From Blepharisma stoltei ATCC 30299 (Eukaryota > Protista > Ciliophora): a DNA stretch of 64,000 bases. Shown piece after piece: positions 48,606 through 61,292 of this stretch. The stretch's first letter is position 1, and each line of letters opens with the position of its first letter. The position numbers and the translations under genes were made by a program. The notes beneath the pieces are model-generated. The model had not been told where the DNA came from. It did not search any database and saw only the letters and a list, made by a program, of their open reading frames with translations. The stretch spans positions 248,001-312,000 of the forward strand of contig CBFDEM010000037.1 in NCBI GenBank assembly GCA_965603825.1, given 5' to 3'.

Positions 48606-49913
48606 ATGGAAGACATCAGGTGTTTTGATTCAAGTTGTTCTCTAAAGCCTCAAGGATTCTGTGAGTGTTTAAACGAAACTACGCTATTTTGTGAGCGACA
48701 TTGCTTTAGCCACCTTCAAAGTCTCCAAGACACGAATCATAAGCTTCAAGATCTTTGGCATTCTCCATACGAAGAAACTCGACAAACAGTAATAAATGAA
48801 GCCCACAAGCTTAAAAAAGACATAAAAACTAGTAAAAAATACTTGATTGAAGAATATAACAAAATATTTCACTGTCTAAATGAATATAAAAACAATTCAT
48901 TTTCAATCTTAAACAGTGTGGAGAAAAAGGCAAATGAGCTAATCAAAGCCGCATCCTATATAAAAGAAGTTCCAACATATCCTAAAGTCAATGATTATCA
49001 GCTTATTTTAAGACTGAAACCTGCTGAAGCAAAGTATAGAGCAAGAACTTGAAGGATAAGAAATCATTGAATCAGAACTATTGCCATTATAGATGTCATC
49101 AAAAATTCATTTAAATTGACAAATATAAGTCCATTTCAAGAAATCTGTGGATTTTACAATTATACAGAGAACATATTCTACTTTGGAGACCATACCAAGG
49201 AGCTTAAAGAATATAATCTTGCTAATAGAAAACTTATAAAGACCGTTTTAAATATAAAAGAAACACTATGGAACAATATATCAGTATGCTACCTTCCAGA
49301 TGGAAGCATATTTTGCTATGGAAATTGATTAAATAATGTTGTGAATGGAACTACATTCATAGTTGATAAAGGAAAAAAAGTAGTGGAGCTGCCTGCAGGT
49401 AAAAGCAACTGTGATTTAAGCTCAGTTTTGTATAATGATCATGTTTACTGCTTAGGAGGAGTGTCTGGAGTGTCAGAAAAATTCTGTTTAAAGAAAAAAA
49501 CTTGAAAATCTCTTTGCCCTCTTCCTGGTGGAAATTATCAATATAGTACGAGCTTTATTTTTTGTGATATTTTATTATTAACAAGTCTGCGCTCTAATGC
49601 TTTATGGAAATATGATATCAATAAAAACACTTTTAAGCAGATTCAAGGCCTTGAATTAGCACGCGATTTTTACAAAAGAGGATTTGCTGGAAATATAAGA
49701 GCCTATATTATTGAAACCTCACAAAAAATATATGAAAGTGAAGAATTAAATCCATTGAATTGGAAAATTATTGGAAGCAATGCAGTTAGCAATTCATATA
49801 TTTGATCATTTGGGGCTTATTATGATAGTAATTTGTGGTTTATCAATTCCAAAAGCGAGCTCATTATGTTTGGCCTTGAGTCCAAAAAATTTGAATTAAT
49901 TAGAAAAATTTAA
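48606..49913 (+). CDS. Zn finger + coiled coil + Kelch-like propeller protein (copy 3)
   Basis: Intact frame with TGA=W; colinear with copy 1. Confidence 0.8.
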
Positions 49914-50232
49914 ACATTATATAATCTTGTAATTTATGAAAGAGCTTAATTCATTGATTATATTTCCAAAGTGAATTAAGCAATTTTGCAGATTCTGAAT
50001 AAGAAATTTAATCCATAAGCGGTGCCATAATTCATGCAAGGACATCTTTTTGCTAGACATAGAGAAGAGAATGAAACTTTTACATTAATAAGACTACTTT
50101 ATATTTTATCATCTTTACTCAATTAGCATATTAAAATATCAGAGTTAGTGATGCACAGATTTTATATATCTAAAGCCCAAAAGCATATTTTAAAATATAA
50201 AAACTCCTAATGAATTTAGAATTTTTTCTAAA

Positions 50233-50622
50233 ATGGCAGTTCGTCCCGCAACAAACAATTGAAAAGCTCTACTTTTTCAGTGCTGCAAGAATCCTGCAAT
50301 GTGCTTATTTTCAGTCTGCGTTCCATGCGGTATCGCATGCATGCAATGCAAATCGCATAGCTTAATAGATCACACAGGCCTTCAAGCTTGTGCATGTGCA
50401 TGCTTTTTAGGATGTATTGGCCAAGCCATAAACCGAAGTCAGCTGAGACAAAAACTTAACATAGAAGGTGGATTTGCTCAAGATTTATGCTGCTCATGCT
50501 GTTGTCCTTGCTGTGCAGTAAATCAAGAATGGAGAGAAACGATGATTTTTAAATTTAAAGATGAAACAAGGTCAATATTCAATGCAAGCGAAGCTCCTCC
50601 ACCTCAACCTCCTAAAGCTTAA
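50233..50622 (+). CDS. PLAC8/cornifelin family Cys-rich protein
   Basis: ATG 50233; NNW(TGA)KALLFQCC, CVPCG, RSQLRQKLNIEG..DLC..CCCPCCAVNQEWRE. Confidence 0.9.
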
Positions 50623-50949
50623 TTAACTACAGTCATCTTTCAATATGACTTTAACAGAATTTTAGCAGCTTCCTCTATTTAATAAATTTCGATTACATAT
50701 TTTAAGGATTAAGTGAATTATAGAGAATCCATAAAGCCATCAAGATTTTCCTTAATATTTAGGTCAATTATAACTCACTTCGTTAATCTTATCCAATACA
50801 ATAATAGACAGTTTTACAAAAGCATTGTATGATTGCCTCGCATACTAGCATATAAATCAATCTTCTTTCTACTTATTATCAGTCTATCTTCTAATATAAT
50901 TCCACTTCTTCTTAAAAATCATATATCTGAGCCAATTTTATAATAAGCA

Positions 50950-51510
50950 ATGGTGAAAAGTGACCCTACACTCGCAATGCACATCAGAGAATACGTGATT
51001 GCAGGCAGAAGACTCCCATCAGAAAAGGACGAGAACCCAACCATTTACAGGATGAGAATCTTTGCAAGTGATGAGGTCAAAGCAAAATCAAGATTTTGGT
51101 ATTTTGTCAAGCGAATGAACAAAATCAAGCCATCCCATGGCGAAATCGTTTCTGTTAAAGAAATCAAAGAAAAAAGAACCCTCCACGCTAAAACCTACGG
51201 AATCACCCTAAGATATGAAACCAGAACAGGAGTCACCAACATGTACAAAGAATACAGAGAAACCTCATTATGTGGTGCAATAGGAAGACTTTACATGGAT
51301 ATGGCTGGCCGCCACAGAGCAAGACCAGAAACCATCCACATTGTCCACACTAAGGTTTTACACACCTATGACCAAGTTAAGCGTTCAACCACAGGACAAT
51401 TTTACAACTCAAAGATCAGATTCCCATTATTGCATGAAACAGTAAGAGCACCTTCCAAAGCCCTCAGATCAACTTTTGTGGCTGCAAGACCTCTTACTCG
51501 TAGTCATTAA
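50950..51510 (+). CDS. RPL18A: 60S ribosomal protein L18a (eL20)
   Basis: YRMRIFA..V.AKSRFWYF, NMYKEYR, MAGRHRAR, IRFPL. Confidence 0.96.
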   Translation: MVKSDPTLAMHIREYVIAGRRLPSEKDENPTIYRMRIFASDEVKAKSRFWYFVKRMNKIKPSHGEIVSVKEIKEKRTLHAKTYGITLRYETRTGVTNMYKEYRETSLCGAIGRLYMDMAGRHRARPETIHIVHTKVLHTYDQVKRSTTGQFYNSKIRFPLLHETVRAPSKALRSTFVAARPLTRSH

Positions 51511-51573
51511 CCTAAGAGTTATCTTCCTTAATTTTCTTATACTCTCTATATGTTCTAATGCAAAAATCATAAA

Positions 51574-53301
51574 ATGATGCCTGATGTAAAAATTGACGAT
51601 GAAGTATCAGCTATGAATTTCAATAAACTGGCGATGAGTTATTTGCGGGAAGGAGAATTAAATTTAGCATTTGATTTACTTAAAAAAGCTGAAGGAATAT
51701 TACTAGGAAAAGAAGACCAAAAATCAATGAAACTTTTGGGGACAACTTGGAACAATTTAGGTTGTTTTTTTAAGCGTTCTGGAGAGCTAAATAAAGCTTT
51801 GCTTTATTTGAAAAATGCTTTGGAGCTTGAGAATGACTATCCTACAGATTCAATAAATATTGCTGGAACTCATCTAAATATTTGTGCGATTTATTCACAA
51901 CTTGGAGAACATAACAAAGCGTTAGAATTTTCTATAGAAGCTTTGGATATTTTAAACTCATGCCATGATAAGAATGAAAATTTATTAGAAACCTTGATGA
52001 TTGCATATCATAACGTAGGGACAGAGTATGAGTATTTAAATCAAAAGAAAAATGCGTTGAATATTTATAGAAAAGGGTATGGGTTATCCTTAAAATATTT
52101 AGGAGAAGACCACGATCTGACTGAAACGCTAAAAATTGGCTTAGAAAATGCAAAACTAAGCAGCTTAAGAGGAAAAGAAAGGATTTTGTCGCCTATTGAG
52201 TTTTCGAGAGTCTCTCCACAGAGAAAACGTGAAGCTGAATCTCTAAGTTCTGTGTCAGGATCTCATATAATTGATACAAAAAACAGATGAGATTCTGACG
52301 TAACTTACCAAAAGCTGCCTAATACTTTTAGTAAAAGGCTGAGTGATCATATAAATGATCCTATAAGAATCAGCCATGCTTCATCCAACGTTACATCTAC
52401 AAAATCAACAGTGAAATCATTAGGCCTATTGTCAACTCAGCCCTTTTCCCGTCCAAGATTTAATACCTTTGTTAAAAAAAGAAAAGATCCAATGAACGTA
52501 CTCAATAACAGTTTTGAACCTAAAAAACTAGTCTCATTTTCAGTGCCTCCTAAGAAAAATAACACTTATAAATATGTCCAGCCACGCTATATAAACAATC
52601 CAAGCATAAAAAAGCACTCATGCTTAAATCATGAAAATTATACAAGTAAAACCCCAATCCCTCCCAATTGAAAAAAGAAGCCTACATACACAAGACCAGG
52701 AAAGAGTGTCACTCCAGTCCCTGAAAAACGAAATTCTGTTGAAAATAAAATTGTGTCAAAATCAGTAGAAATTTCTAGTGGCAATGAAAATGGCCTTGAA
52801 AATTCTGCAATTAATATTCAAAAAAATTGGAAAAGATATCAAGCCATGAAGAATTTTCACGTATCAAAATTCATAGAAAAGCAAGAGCAAAATGCTAAAA
52901 CTTATATAGACAAAGACGCGATTGGTATTAAACAGACAAGAATTGTCAAAGTTATTGAGAAAGATAAAGAAAAAAGAGTAAATTTTGATTTAACTCCAAT
53001 GCCGATGAAGGTTAAAATGGAGTCTCCAGAGCCAAAAATAAATAAAAAAATGATTTCAATGGCGAAATATGAAAAGGAAAAAGAAAAAATTGTGAAAATT
53101 CAAGCGAATATAAAGAGATGATTACAAAGAAAAAGATTCTTGAAAATTAAATCAAATATAATAAAAGTCCAGGCAAAATATAGAAGCTACATTACAAGGA
53201 AGCTTTATAAAGCTATTCATGAGGCTATTATTTATATTCAAACAGTTTTTAGGGGCTACAGAACAAGAAAACTCCTGAAATACTCTTATTCCTTTTTGTA
53301 A
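51574..53301 (+). CDS. TPR-repeat protein with C-terminal IQ calmodulin-binding motifs
   Basis: TWNNLGC, THLNICAIYSQLGEH, AYHNVGTEYE; TGA=W at 52288, 52669 and 53119; IQKNWKRY, IQANIKRW, VQAKYRSY, IQTVFRGY. Confidence 0.85.
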
Positions 53302-53547
53302 ATATATAATAAATTAAAGCTATTAAAATTCGACTAAGACCAATATTAATAGAGATAATTCTAAAGAACAAAATACAAATAAATACTATAGTTAAGTGAG
53401 AGGAAAATCTTAACGATACAAATAAAGCTACTTATATGCAACTTTATATCTATTTCTTACTAAAATTATTTTAATTTAATGCCAATTTCATTAGCCTCAT
53501 TTGTTCCATTTCATATAAAATTCATAAGATATAAAAACTTTCAGAAA

Positions 53548-54474
53548 ATGAAATTCAAGTTATTTTTACGAGTATTTATCATCTAGTGGTGTTGTCAAGA
53601 TTCCAACGAAGTTGAAAGTGATAGCCAGCTTCCTAGAGTCATGCAGCTTGAAACCAACTCAAACGTTTCTCATTCACGATTTTCTCATCATTTTGAACAA
53701 GGAGTTAGTGGAGTTCAAGGGACTGTAGATGAGAGCAATTTAAGCCTTTATATGACTCCATTGACAGAAAAAGAAATTTCTGAATATCCAAAAATAAAAA
53801 TAACAGTGGTTGATAGCACTGTTATTGAGCCTGGCACCGCACTACACATAAATGCAGCTGGGATGATTAATTCAAGAAGGAATAAATCCGATTTGTGTAC
53901 TTATATAGGAGCTGCTGAGATGGATGGAGATGAGGTTATAAATGACTTTGTGGTAGATGAGCTAGATAAAGGTATGGGAAAAAAACATTTGGTCATAAAA
54001 TTTATACCAAATAAAGGAAAATATTTTATATCAGACTTAGGTGAAGGAACAGGGACTTTTGTAAGAATTGACGCTCCATTAGTTCTTCGAGACAGTTACA
54101 TCATTTCATTCGGCGATTCACACATGGCAACTCAATTTGTTCCAAATATGCCAAAGTAAGTTCTAAATAGCAAAATAAGTTTAAAATTTTTAGAAGGCCC
54201 AAAACAAAATGAAGTGATTACTTTCACAGACGCCGAAGGAAAAATTTTGATTGGAAGAATGGTGGATTGTAGGATCCGATTCGAAGATAACAGCATGTCA
54301 AGATACCAATGCAATATCCAATATTTCCCGGACCGAGGATGGGCATTAGAAGACGGAGATGGCAATAAAAAGTCAACAAATGGGACTTGGCTATTTGTAG
54401 AAGAAGATTTTGAGATTTATAATGCCATGGTCTTCAAAGCTGGCAAAAGTTTGTTCGAAATAACTTTTGAATAA
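53548..54474 (+). CDS. Tandem FHA-domain protein
   Basis: Introns 53572-53586 and 54156-54170; DLGEGTGTFV; IGR..C..MSRYQC..KSTNGTW. Confidence 0.85.
53572..53586 (+). other. 15-nt intron
   Basis: GTATTTATCATCTAG, phase 0. Confidence 0.75.
54156..54170 (+). other. 15-nt intron
   Basis: GTAAGTTCTAAATAG; joins the two FHA domains. Confidence 0.9.
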
Positions 54475-54502
54475 TATAAATAAATTCGAAACTAAATTCA
54501 AA

Positions 54503-55909
54503 ATGTCAAAAACCCCAATTAAAGGCAGCACTGTTATTGTGACTGATGAAAGCCGAGATAGGAACTGAACTGAGTGGGATATTGATAAAGACGAATATGA
54601 GTACTCACAAGAAAGCTTTCATAAAGAAAACTCAATCATTTTTCAGGATGAGCTTGATGAAGCTCAAGAAAGAAATAATGAAGAATTAATATTAGATAAT
54701 AGAGAGCTGTATGGGTCTCATGGATACTCAGGAAAAAGAAGAATATTTAGCGATTTAGAAGAGCCATTAAAAAGTGAAGATATGAGGGTGCTAAAATCTG
54801 CTGATGATTTTCTAAAAAATACTTCTGAGCTAAAAAATTTATTGTTGAAAAAACCTGAAAATATTGAGGTAAAAGACCCAAATCAAAAAATGATAAACAA
54901 TATCAATGAAATTTTGGTAAAAAATAATTTTCAGCCTTTAGAGCAGACTGTAAATGTGCAAAACTTATTGCGAACTTTGAATGAAGTTTTAATGGGTTTT
55001 GATAAGAAAAATATTGATGAAAACGATGGCACAGAAATTATATTCAAAAAATTTTATGGTAGAAATTCCAGTCCAAAAAATCCTACTGATATAAAAACAT
55101 TTGAATTAATTTTAAGTTATGAAAATAAGACCAGAGAACTTAATCAACATATTCAGCAATTAGAAGAAAATTTAAGAAATGTAAAATCATATGATAAATA
55201 CCAAGATTTAGAAGATGAATATAATGAGCTTAAACACGATTTCCATAAATTGCAGCAAGAACTATCAAAATCTGAAAATTTAAATGAAAACTTGTCCAAA
55301 AAAAATGACGAAAACAGTACAATTATAAGTGAAATTTGTAAAATTCTGACATTAAAAGATTCTAAACATATAGTAAGAGCTGTTGTAAAGCTTGAAAAAG
55401 TGCTGAGGGCTGTTCCGCATTTAGAAAAATTTATCAGAGAAGTTTGCATTATCGTCTTCCCAGATCTCAAAGAAGAAAAAAATAAATCAATTTGTAGCCA
55501 AAGAATGGATGATGTAATCCCGAAGTTAAAAAAAGTGTTTTCAGAGCTTGACCAATTAAGAAGAGCAAAAGAAAATCACATGAGAAATAAAAGTCCCATA
55601 GATGAAGCCAGAACAAATGCTCAGTCTACATCAAGAAAAATGAACCCCTTAGAAGATATAAGCAGAAACACCCCAAAAAGTGCTAGAAGAGAATTTACTT
55701 TTGAAGAACAAATCGTGCAGCATTTTTGCCATTTATATGAAATCCCTGAAGAGAAGCCAATGATTTTAGCCAAAATCGATCAGATTTTTATTTTTGTGCG
55801 TGAAATTGAATCTTTTTTGAAGATGTCTAAAGCAGCTTTAAGATTAGAAGAAGACGTATCAATGAATGAAGTCCTTCATAATTTAAAAGCAATAATAAAG
55901 ACAATATAA
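54503..55909 (+). CDS. CEP70-like centrosomal coiled-coil protein
   Basis: ATG 54503, TGA=W at 54566; IFKKFYGR..D..ELILSYE and IVQHFCHLYEI..KIDQIF resemble CEP70 conserved blocks as I recall them. Confidence 0.6.
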
Positions 55910-55913
55910 ATTA

Positions 55914-56846
55914 TTACATATTGAATAAGTTTAAAAACCCCGAATCCAGGGATGACTGAAACTGTGGAGTAGTTTTAAATGATGGCTGCCTCATATTAGG
56001 TGATCTTCCAGCTGTCAAATTCGCACTTAAAACCCTTCTGCTTATTTTCTCGTCTCTATTGATAATTATAGGTACATCATATAACTTGCCACTAGCAGGT
56101 CTCTTAAACATATTATCATCAAACGCAGGACTTTTCATAGGTCCTTTGTTTCTTATTTTTGTTCTTGGCCTTCCTTGAGTTTTTGGTCTTTCATGCTCTT
56201 CACAAATTGGGAAAGCAGTATTAGGAGGCTCAATCCTTTTTTCTATATTATGTTGATCGTTTCGGGATTCGCCTCTTTTTGATCTTGAATTTCAGCATTT
56301 GTCTGACATAAGCGAACGTGTGTCTGGAGGTGTACAAGTGCCTGGAGGTAAATATAAACCTAAGGCTTTTGGAGGATCTTTATGCTGAGATAAAGGTCTT
56401 AATTTTCTTTGATCTACTTCTCTAGAAGCTGGTGTTTCACTGATTTTTTCTAATCCTGATATTTTGAAGCCAAAAGTTACTGGACGCTTAATGACCTCTG
56501 CATGTTTTGCAGTTTTTGGTTTGTCATCTGGCATTAAAAGCGAGCTTGCCTTTATAGGACCTGCTATTGAAGAATTCCACCCAGATCCTCTTACAGAAAT
56601 CTTATTATTTTCATGAGAAAAAGGCACTCCTTGCAGAGAATTCATAGAATTGACAGAATACTTTTGTGAGCTAACTGGCATTTTTTGAGGATAACACGAA
56701 AGTGAGCTTACACAAGGCCCTGGGGCAGTCCCTCCTCTTTTCGCCTCATCTCTATATAGTAAATACACTGGTGCAAATGGCCAAATAGAATAAGTTTTAG
56801 GGACATCTTCGCTGTTCAAACTCCGATTGTTTCCTCTAGAGTTCAT
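55914..56846 (-). CDS. Hypothetical Pro/Ser-rich protein
   Basis: ORFs joined by TGA 56292. Confidence 0.72.
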
Positions 56847-56985
56847 TTATTTATATTTAGTATAACAATTTATTACTTCATATAATCATATTTGTCATCA
56901 TTAACTTATAGGAAAACATGAAGAAAATTGTTGGAATTTCTTTAATATAAAAGCATTTATTAATTGATTTTATTTATAAGATTTA

Positions 56986-58218
56986 TTATTCAAGTTTTTC
57001 TATTAATTCCCACTGGCGTCTATTGTTTTCTATAGCTTCCACATAATCAACGACTTGTGGCACAAAACTGTAAAAAAGTCTCCAAAGTGGCAGGATAAAT
57101 ATGTCGATAAATCCCACCTGATTTTGCTTAATTTTTTTTATGTCGTTGCCAATTCTCAAAAATTCTGATACAGGAATCCCTCTTTGCTCTTCTTGCCAAA
57201 CTTGCTGATTAAATTCTTTTATGACTCTCAGTGACCATACAGTGGCAAAATCAAACCTCAGTGTTGGGTTTCCTACATCTGCACAATGAAGCGCCATTCC
57301 CATAAATGCTTGCTTATGGTCAGAGTTTTCTTTGTTGTAATGCTCCATAGAGTTTCTGAAAGTTTCCATGACTTGGCCATGCTTTGCCATGTCTGTTGCT
57401 AAAATAGCTGGAATTATTTGTTTTCTCATATAAACTTTTTCAGCTGGAGAAAATCCAGAGAATATATCACAGCCTGACAGTTCAAGAAAATTAATAAGAG
57501 TTGCAGCATGGTAATTTTCCAAGACTGATGTGTCATTATATCGAATTGCCAAGCTATGACGAGAATTTATCATAAAAGCATTTGTAACTCCTGGATGGTT
57601 TAAATCATGGCCGATGGCAGAGACAAGCAAAGCAAGATGATCTTTGCTTTCTAAAAAGTCTGAGTACTTATTGGTTTTTACACCAATTGCATAAAGCATC
57701 TAAATAAGTTTTACTTGTGTCACACAAAATCCATGGTGAAAATTGTGAAATGGGTTGTTTTGGTAATTTTCTGAAATTGCAAAAATGAGTCTCTGAATTT
57801 TCAAAATATCAATATTAAATGCAGATATAAAATCATTATAAATATACAGTGCATATTCACGCAATTCTTCTTTTGTTTTTCCTAAAGTAGGGAAATCTTT
57901 TATCCCTGCTTCTTCAACTTTTTCGTGAATAGGAATAAATGGGTGCTCATTTGAATATTTAAGCTCTCCTTGGACTGAGAAATAAAGAGGAGAAAGAATA
58001 TCATCTTGTATTGCCTCGAGTCACTTATTTCTGCGTGTTTCATCAATCTCTTGCAAACTAAAAAACGTCTGGCGAATTAATTCTAGTTCTTGAGGGGAAA
58101 CAAGCTCTGTATTCTGATTTGCAAGCTGCTCAATTTTTTCCATCACAGCACGCTCTTGAGGAGTTTGTGTTTTAACTGCTGCCACCCTCATTTTTGTTCT
58201 TGATGCTGTACAACCCAT
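56986..58218 (-). CDS. Class I 3',5'-cyclic nucleotide phosphodiesterase, N-terminal MGC
   Basis: NPFHNFHHGFCVTQ|M, HDLNHPGVTN, YNDTSVLENYH, ILATDM, HCADVGNP, NQVGFI; TGA 58021; intron 57700-57714. Confidence 0.94.
57700..57714 (-). other. 15-nt intron
   Basis: GTAAAACTTATTTAG; restores CVTQ|MLY. Confidence 0.92.
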
Positions 58219-58514
58219 TTTTACAATATTACGTCAAATTAATTTTTTTGTGTATATAATTAATTTGTGTATCTTTATCAAAATAATATTTGTCTTTTTC
58301 CATAAAGTTTCAATAAATTAAATTTATGATTTACTTTTATATTATTTATTATTATGAAAATTAAAGATAAGGAAAGTTTAATGTCAGAAATTAATGGAGA
58401 ATATTATTAAAAACTTGGAATTAATTTATTATAAAACTAAAGACTAAATTTTTTTGAAAGTAAGATTAAAAATCTCTCAAACTTTGAGGCGAAATAATGT
58501 CAAATTAATAAAAT

Positions 58515-59615
58515 ATGGAGGATCAATTTGAGACTGAAAATACACAATCTGAAGAGCAGCTTAGCACAACAGGAGAGTCACTTGACATTATTGACCCTTC
58601 AATTGATCAAACTGCTTATAAAAAAGACAAAAACTGCATAATTTGCAACGTTAAATTCGGCAAAGGCTCTTTAGCGCATTCTCGAAAATATTTATGCAAG
58701 TTTTGTTATAGAGGAGTCTGCTTTAATTGCTCAAAAAATCGTATTCATGACCAAAGATGCTGCGATAACTGCTACCCTAAGCAAACTCATTCAAATCAAA
58801 AAGAGCCCGAAGATCACACTACAATAGAGCAATTAAAAAGAAAAATTAAAATTCTTGAAGAAAAACTTGAAATAGAGCAAATCAATATTAATCAAAATAA
58901 AGAAAAAATAATAGAAGCCGAAAATAATTGCGATAAAAAAGATAAAGAAATTCACGAGCTTAAAGAAAAAATAAAAGAAATGGGAATTCAATGAGAAAAT
59001 ATGGGCAACGGTATTGATAAAACCTTAGAAAGAAATTCACAACAGGTAGATTTAATTCAAAATGCTGAAAAAGAAATTGAGGAATTAAACGAAAAAATTA
59101 TTATGATGAATGATGAAAAAAGTCAGTTAAAAAATAGACTTTTTAAGCTAGAAAAAGAACTAGCTGAAAAAAATAAAGAAAATAATGAATATATGAACCA
59201 ATTAAAAGAGCTTAAAGCACAACTTCAAGAGTACTCGAACAACTCAATAAAAGATTATTCAACTGAAAATGAAATTTTAAAAGAACAAATAAGAGAGCTG
59301 CAAGCAGAACAAGAATGCCATAATAAAGATCTTATTGATGCTTTAGAAGTCTTAAGATTACAAATCACAAATGAGCATGAAGAAAACATAAAATTACGAG
59401 AATTTATTGAGCAACAGCAGGATACTGAAGAATTAGAAGAGCTATTAGGAGCAGAAAGGAAAAAAGTCAGAGAGCTTGAGGAAGAAAGAAAAATTTTACA
59501 AATGAAACTCGACAGAGAAAGGGAAAGAGAAAGAGAATATAACGAAGAAAAGAAAATTGAAGAAATGTCTACTGAAATCACTGCTGAGAAACGTTGTAAA
59601 TGTCAATTATTTTAA
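58515..59615 (+). CDS. FYVE-like Zn finger + coiled coil + C-terminal CaaX (CQLF)
   Basis: CIIC..F..RKYLCKFC..VCFNCS..RCCDNC; TGA 58992 joins the ORFs; ends KRCKCQLF. Confidence 0.8.
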
Positions 59616-60421
59616 TTTAAAACATTCTTATACACTTTTTTACTTTCTCACTTTTTCCCCCTTTTAATAACTTCTTCTTCTAAATCATCTAATCTTTCCT
59701 TATCAATTTTTTCCAATGTCCTCTTCTTCTCATAATACTCCTCTAACTTCTTTTTTTGCATTTCTAAATATTTTTGCTTTTTTTCTTCTTCTTTCTTTTT
59801 CTTCATACTTTGCTCCTGCTCTTCTAATTTCGCCTGCTCTTCTTTTAATTTTGCTTCTTCTTTATATTTTCCTAATTTCCCTTTAATCTTTTCTAAATGT
59901 TTCAGTCTTTTTAATTCAGAAATTTCCTGTTCTTTTTTAATTTTTTCTTGCTGCTCTTTGATTTTCTGGATGCTTTCAATCTCTTTTCTTAATTTTTCTT
60001 CTTTATATGCTTCAATTTTTTCTAAAAGCTTCAATTTCTGTGTATTTGGAAGTGAAGAATGCCTAGGAGCAGATGGGGATGTAAATTTTGTACCCCGACC
60101 TCTAAAGCGAATTGTAAAGCTTTTATTATTTTGCTCAATAGATGGCAGTGTGACGTTTAGTGCTGAAACATCGAGACCTTCTGAAAATTGCTGCAGAGAG
60201 AACTGAGGCTTTGTTGGTGATGGGAGAGCTGGCATTGCTTCAATAGAAGAAAAATGCTTGCATGGGAGTTTTAGGGTACATATGACACAACGACCTTGCT
60301 GAGGAAGTGTAGAACGGAGCTCACTTACTGCAAACTCAAATTCTTTTTTGCGTAATTCTTCAAGCGCCTTTTGGAGCTCTTGGCCTTTTTGATTTAACGT
60401 TGCTTCGATTGACTCTTCCAT
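59612..60421 (-). CDS. Coiled-coil protein with CxxCTLxLPCxH motif
   Basis: The track stop at 59648 is TGA (=W); the frame continues WESKKVYKNVLN to TAA 59614-59612. Confidence 0.75.
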
Positions 60422-60733
60422 AAATAAATATTTTAGTGAAATATAATAATGCTGGACAATATTAAATTTCTATGAAAATAATTGGATTATATGTTAACTT
60501 GAAAACTGGAGCTATTATGTCATTATTAGAAGAGAAAATATTATCACTTTTTCAAAGAACTTGTAAAAGAATGAATAGAATAATGAACCAGTTTATATCC
60601 CTTTTGTAAAGGAATATATATAAAATGAAGCATTCCACATTATTTTTAGGTTCCTTAATTATTGCTAATGTAATATTAATAAGCTTTACTAGAATAATAT
60701 CGAATTAGATTATTTTTAATAATGATCCAATAA

Positions 60734-61276
60734 ATGGGGAATTCTTATCAGAATTTTAAAGGGCGATTGAGCAGTATTAATGAATATACCCAATCTAAAG
60801 AATTTACCAAATATTCAGGTAAAATTTTATTTTTTCATGTCAAAGCCAAGAAAATAAATGAGTACGTACCTGTCTTTTGAAAGTTAAAAGGCTTCATTCG
60901 CATTTCTGTTTATGAAATAGGTGAAGAATCAGATCCTCGTAGGTCGCTTAAAAAGAAATTGTCAATTAGCAATACTAATAGGATTTATGAACTGTTAATG
61001 CATATGAAGTTTGCTTCATCATTAAGCCCAACCACAATGCTGAATGAAAATGAATGCTCTATTTGTTTAGAAAGACTAGCTGACACAATTTTGCCATGCC
61101 ATCATTCTTTTTGTCATAGGGATATTCATGAATGAGAAAAACGTCAAAATACCTGCCCAATATGCAGAAGACCAATTAATCTAAACAATTCATTCACAGA
61201 TCTCGCTGAGAGCTTTGAAGATATTCAAAATGAAATTGATAATTGCCTGTCTGAAATTATATCTTTAATTAACTAA
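60734..61276 (+). CDS. RNF141-like RING finger protein (absent from the ORF track)
   Basis: MGNSYQNFKGRL..FW(TGA)K..ECSICLE..ILPCHHSFCHRDIHEW(TGA)..TCPICR. Confidence 0.8.
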
Positions 61277-61292
61277 CTATAAATAAAGAAGC

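Noticed and set aside
60472-60609. Short upstream ORF as a first exon of the RING gene
   Set aside because: No consensus intron links it in frame, and ATG 60734 already gives a complete RNF141-like N-terminus
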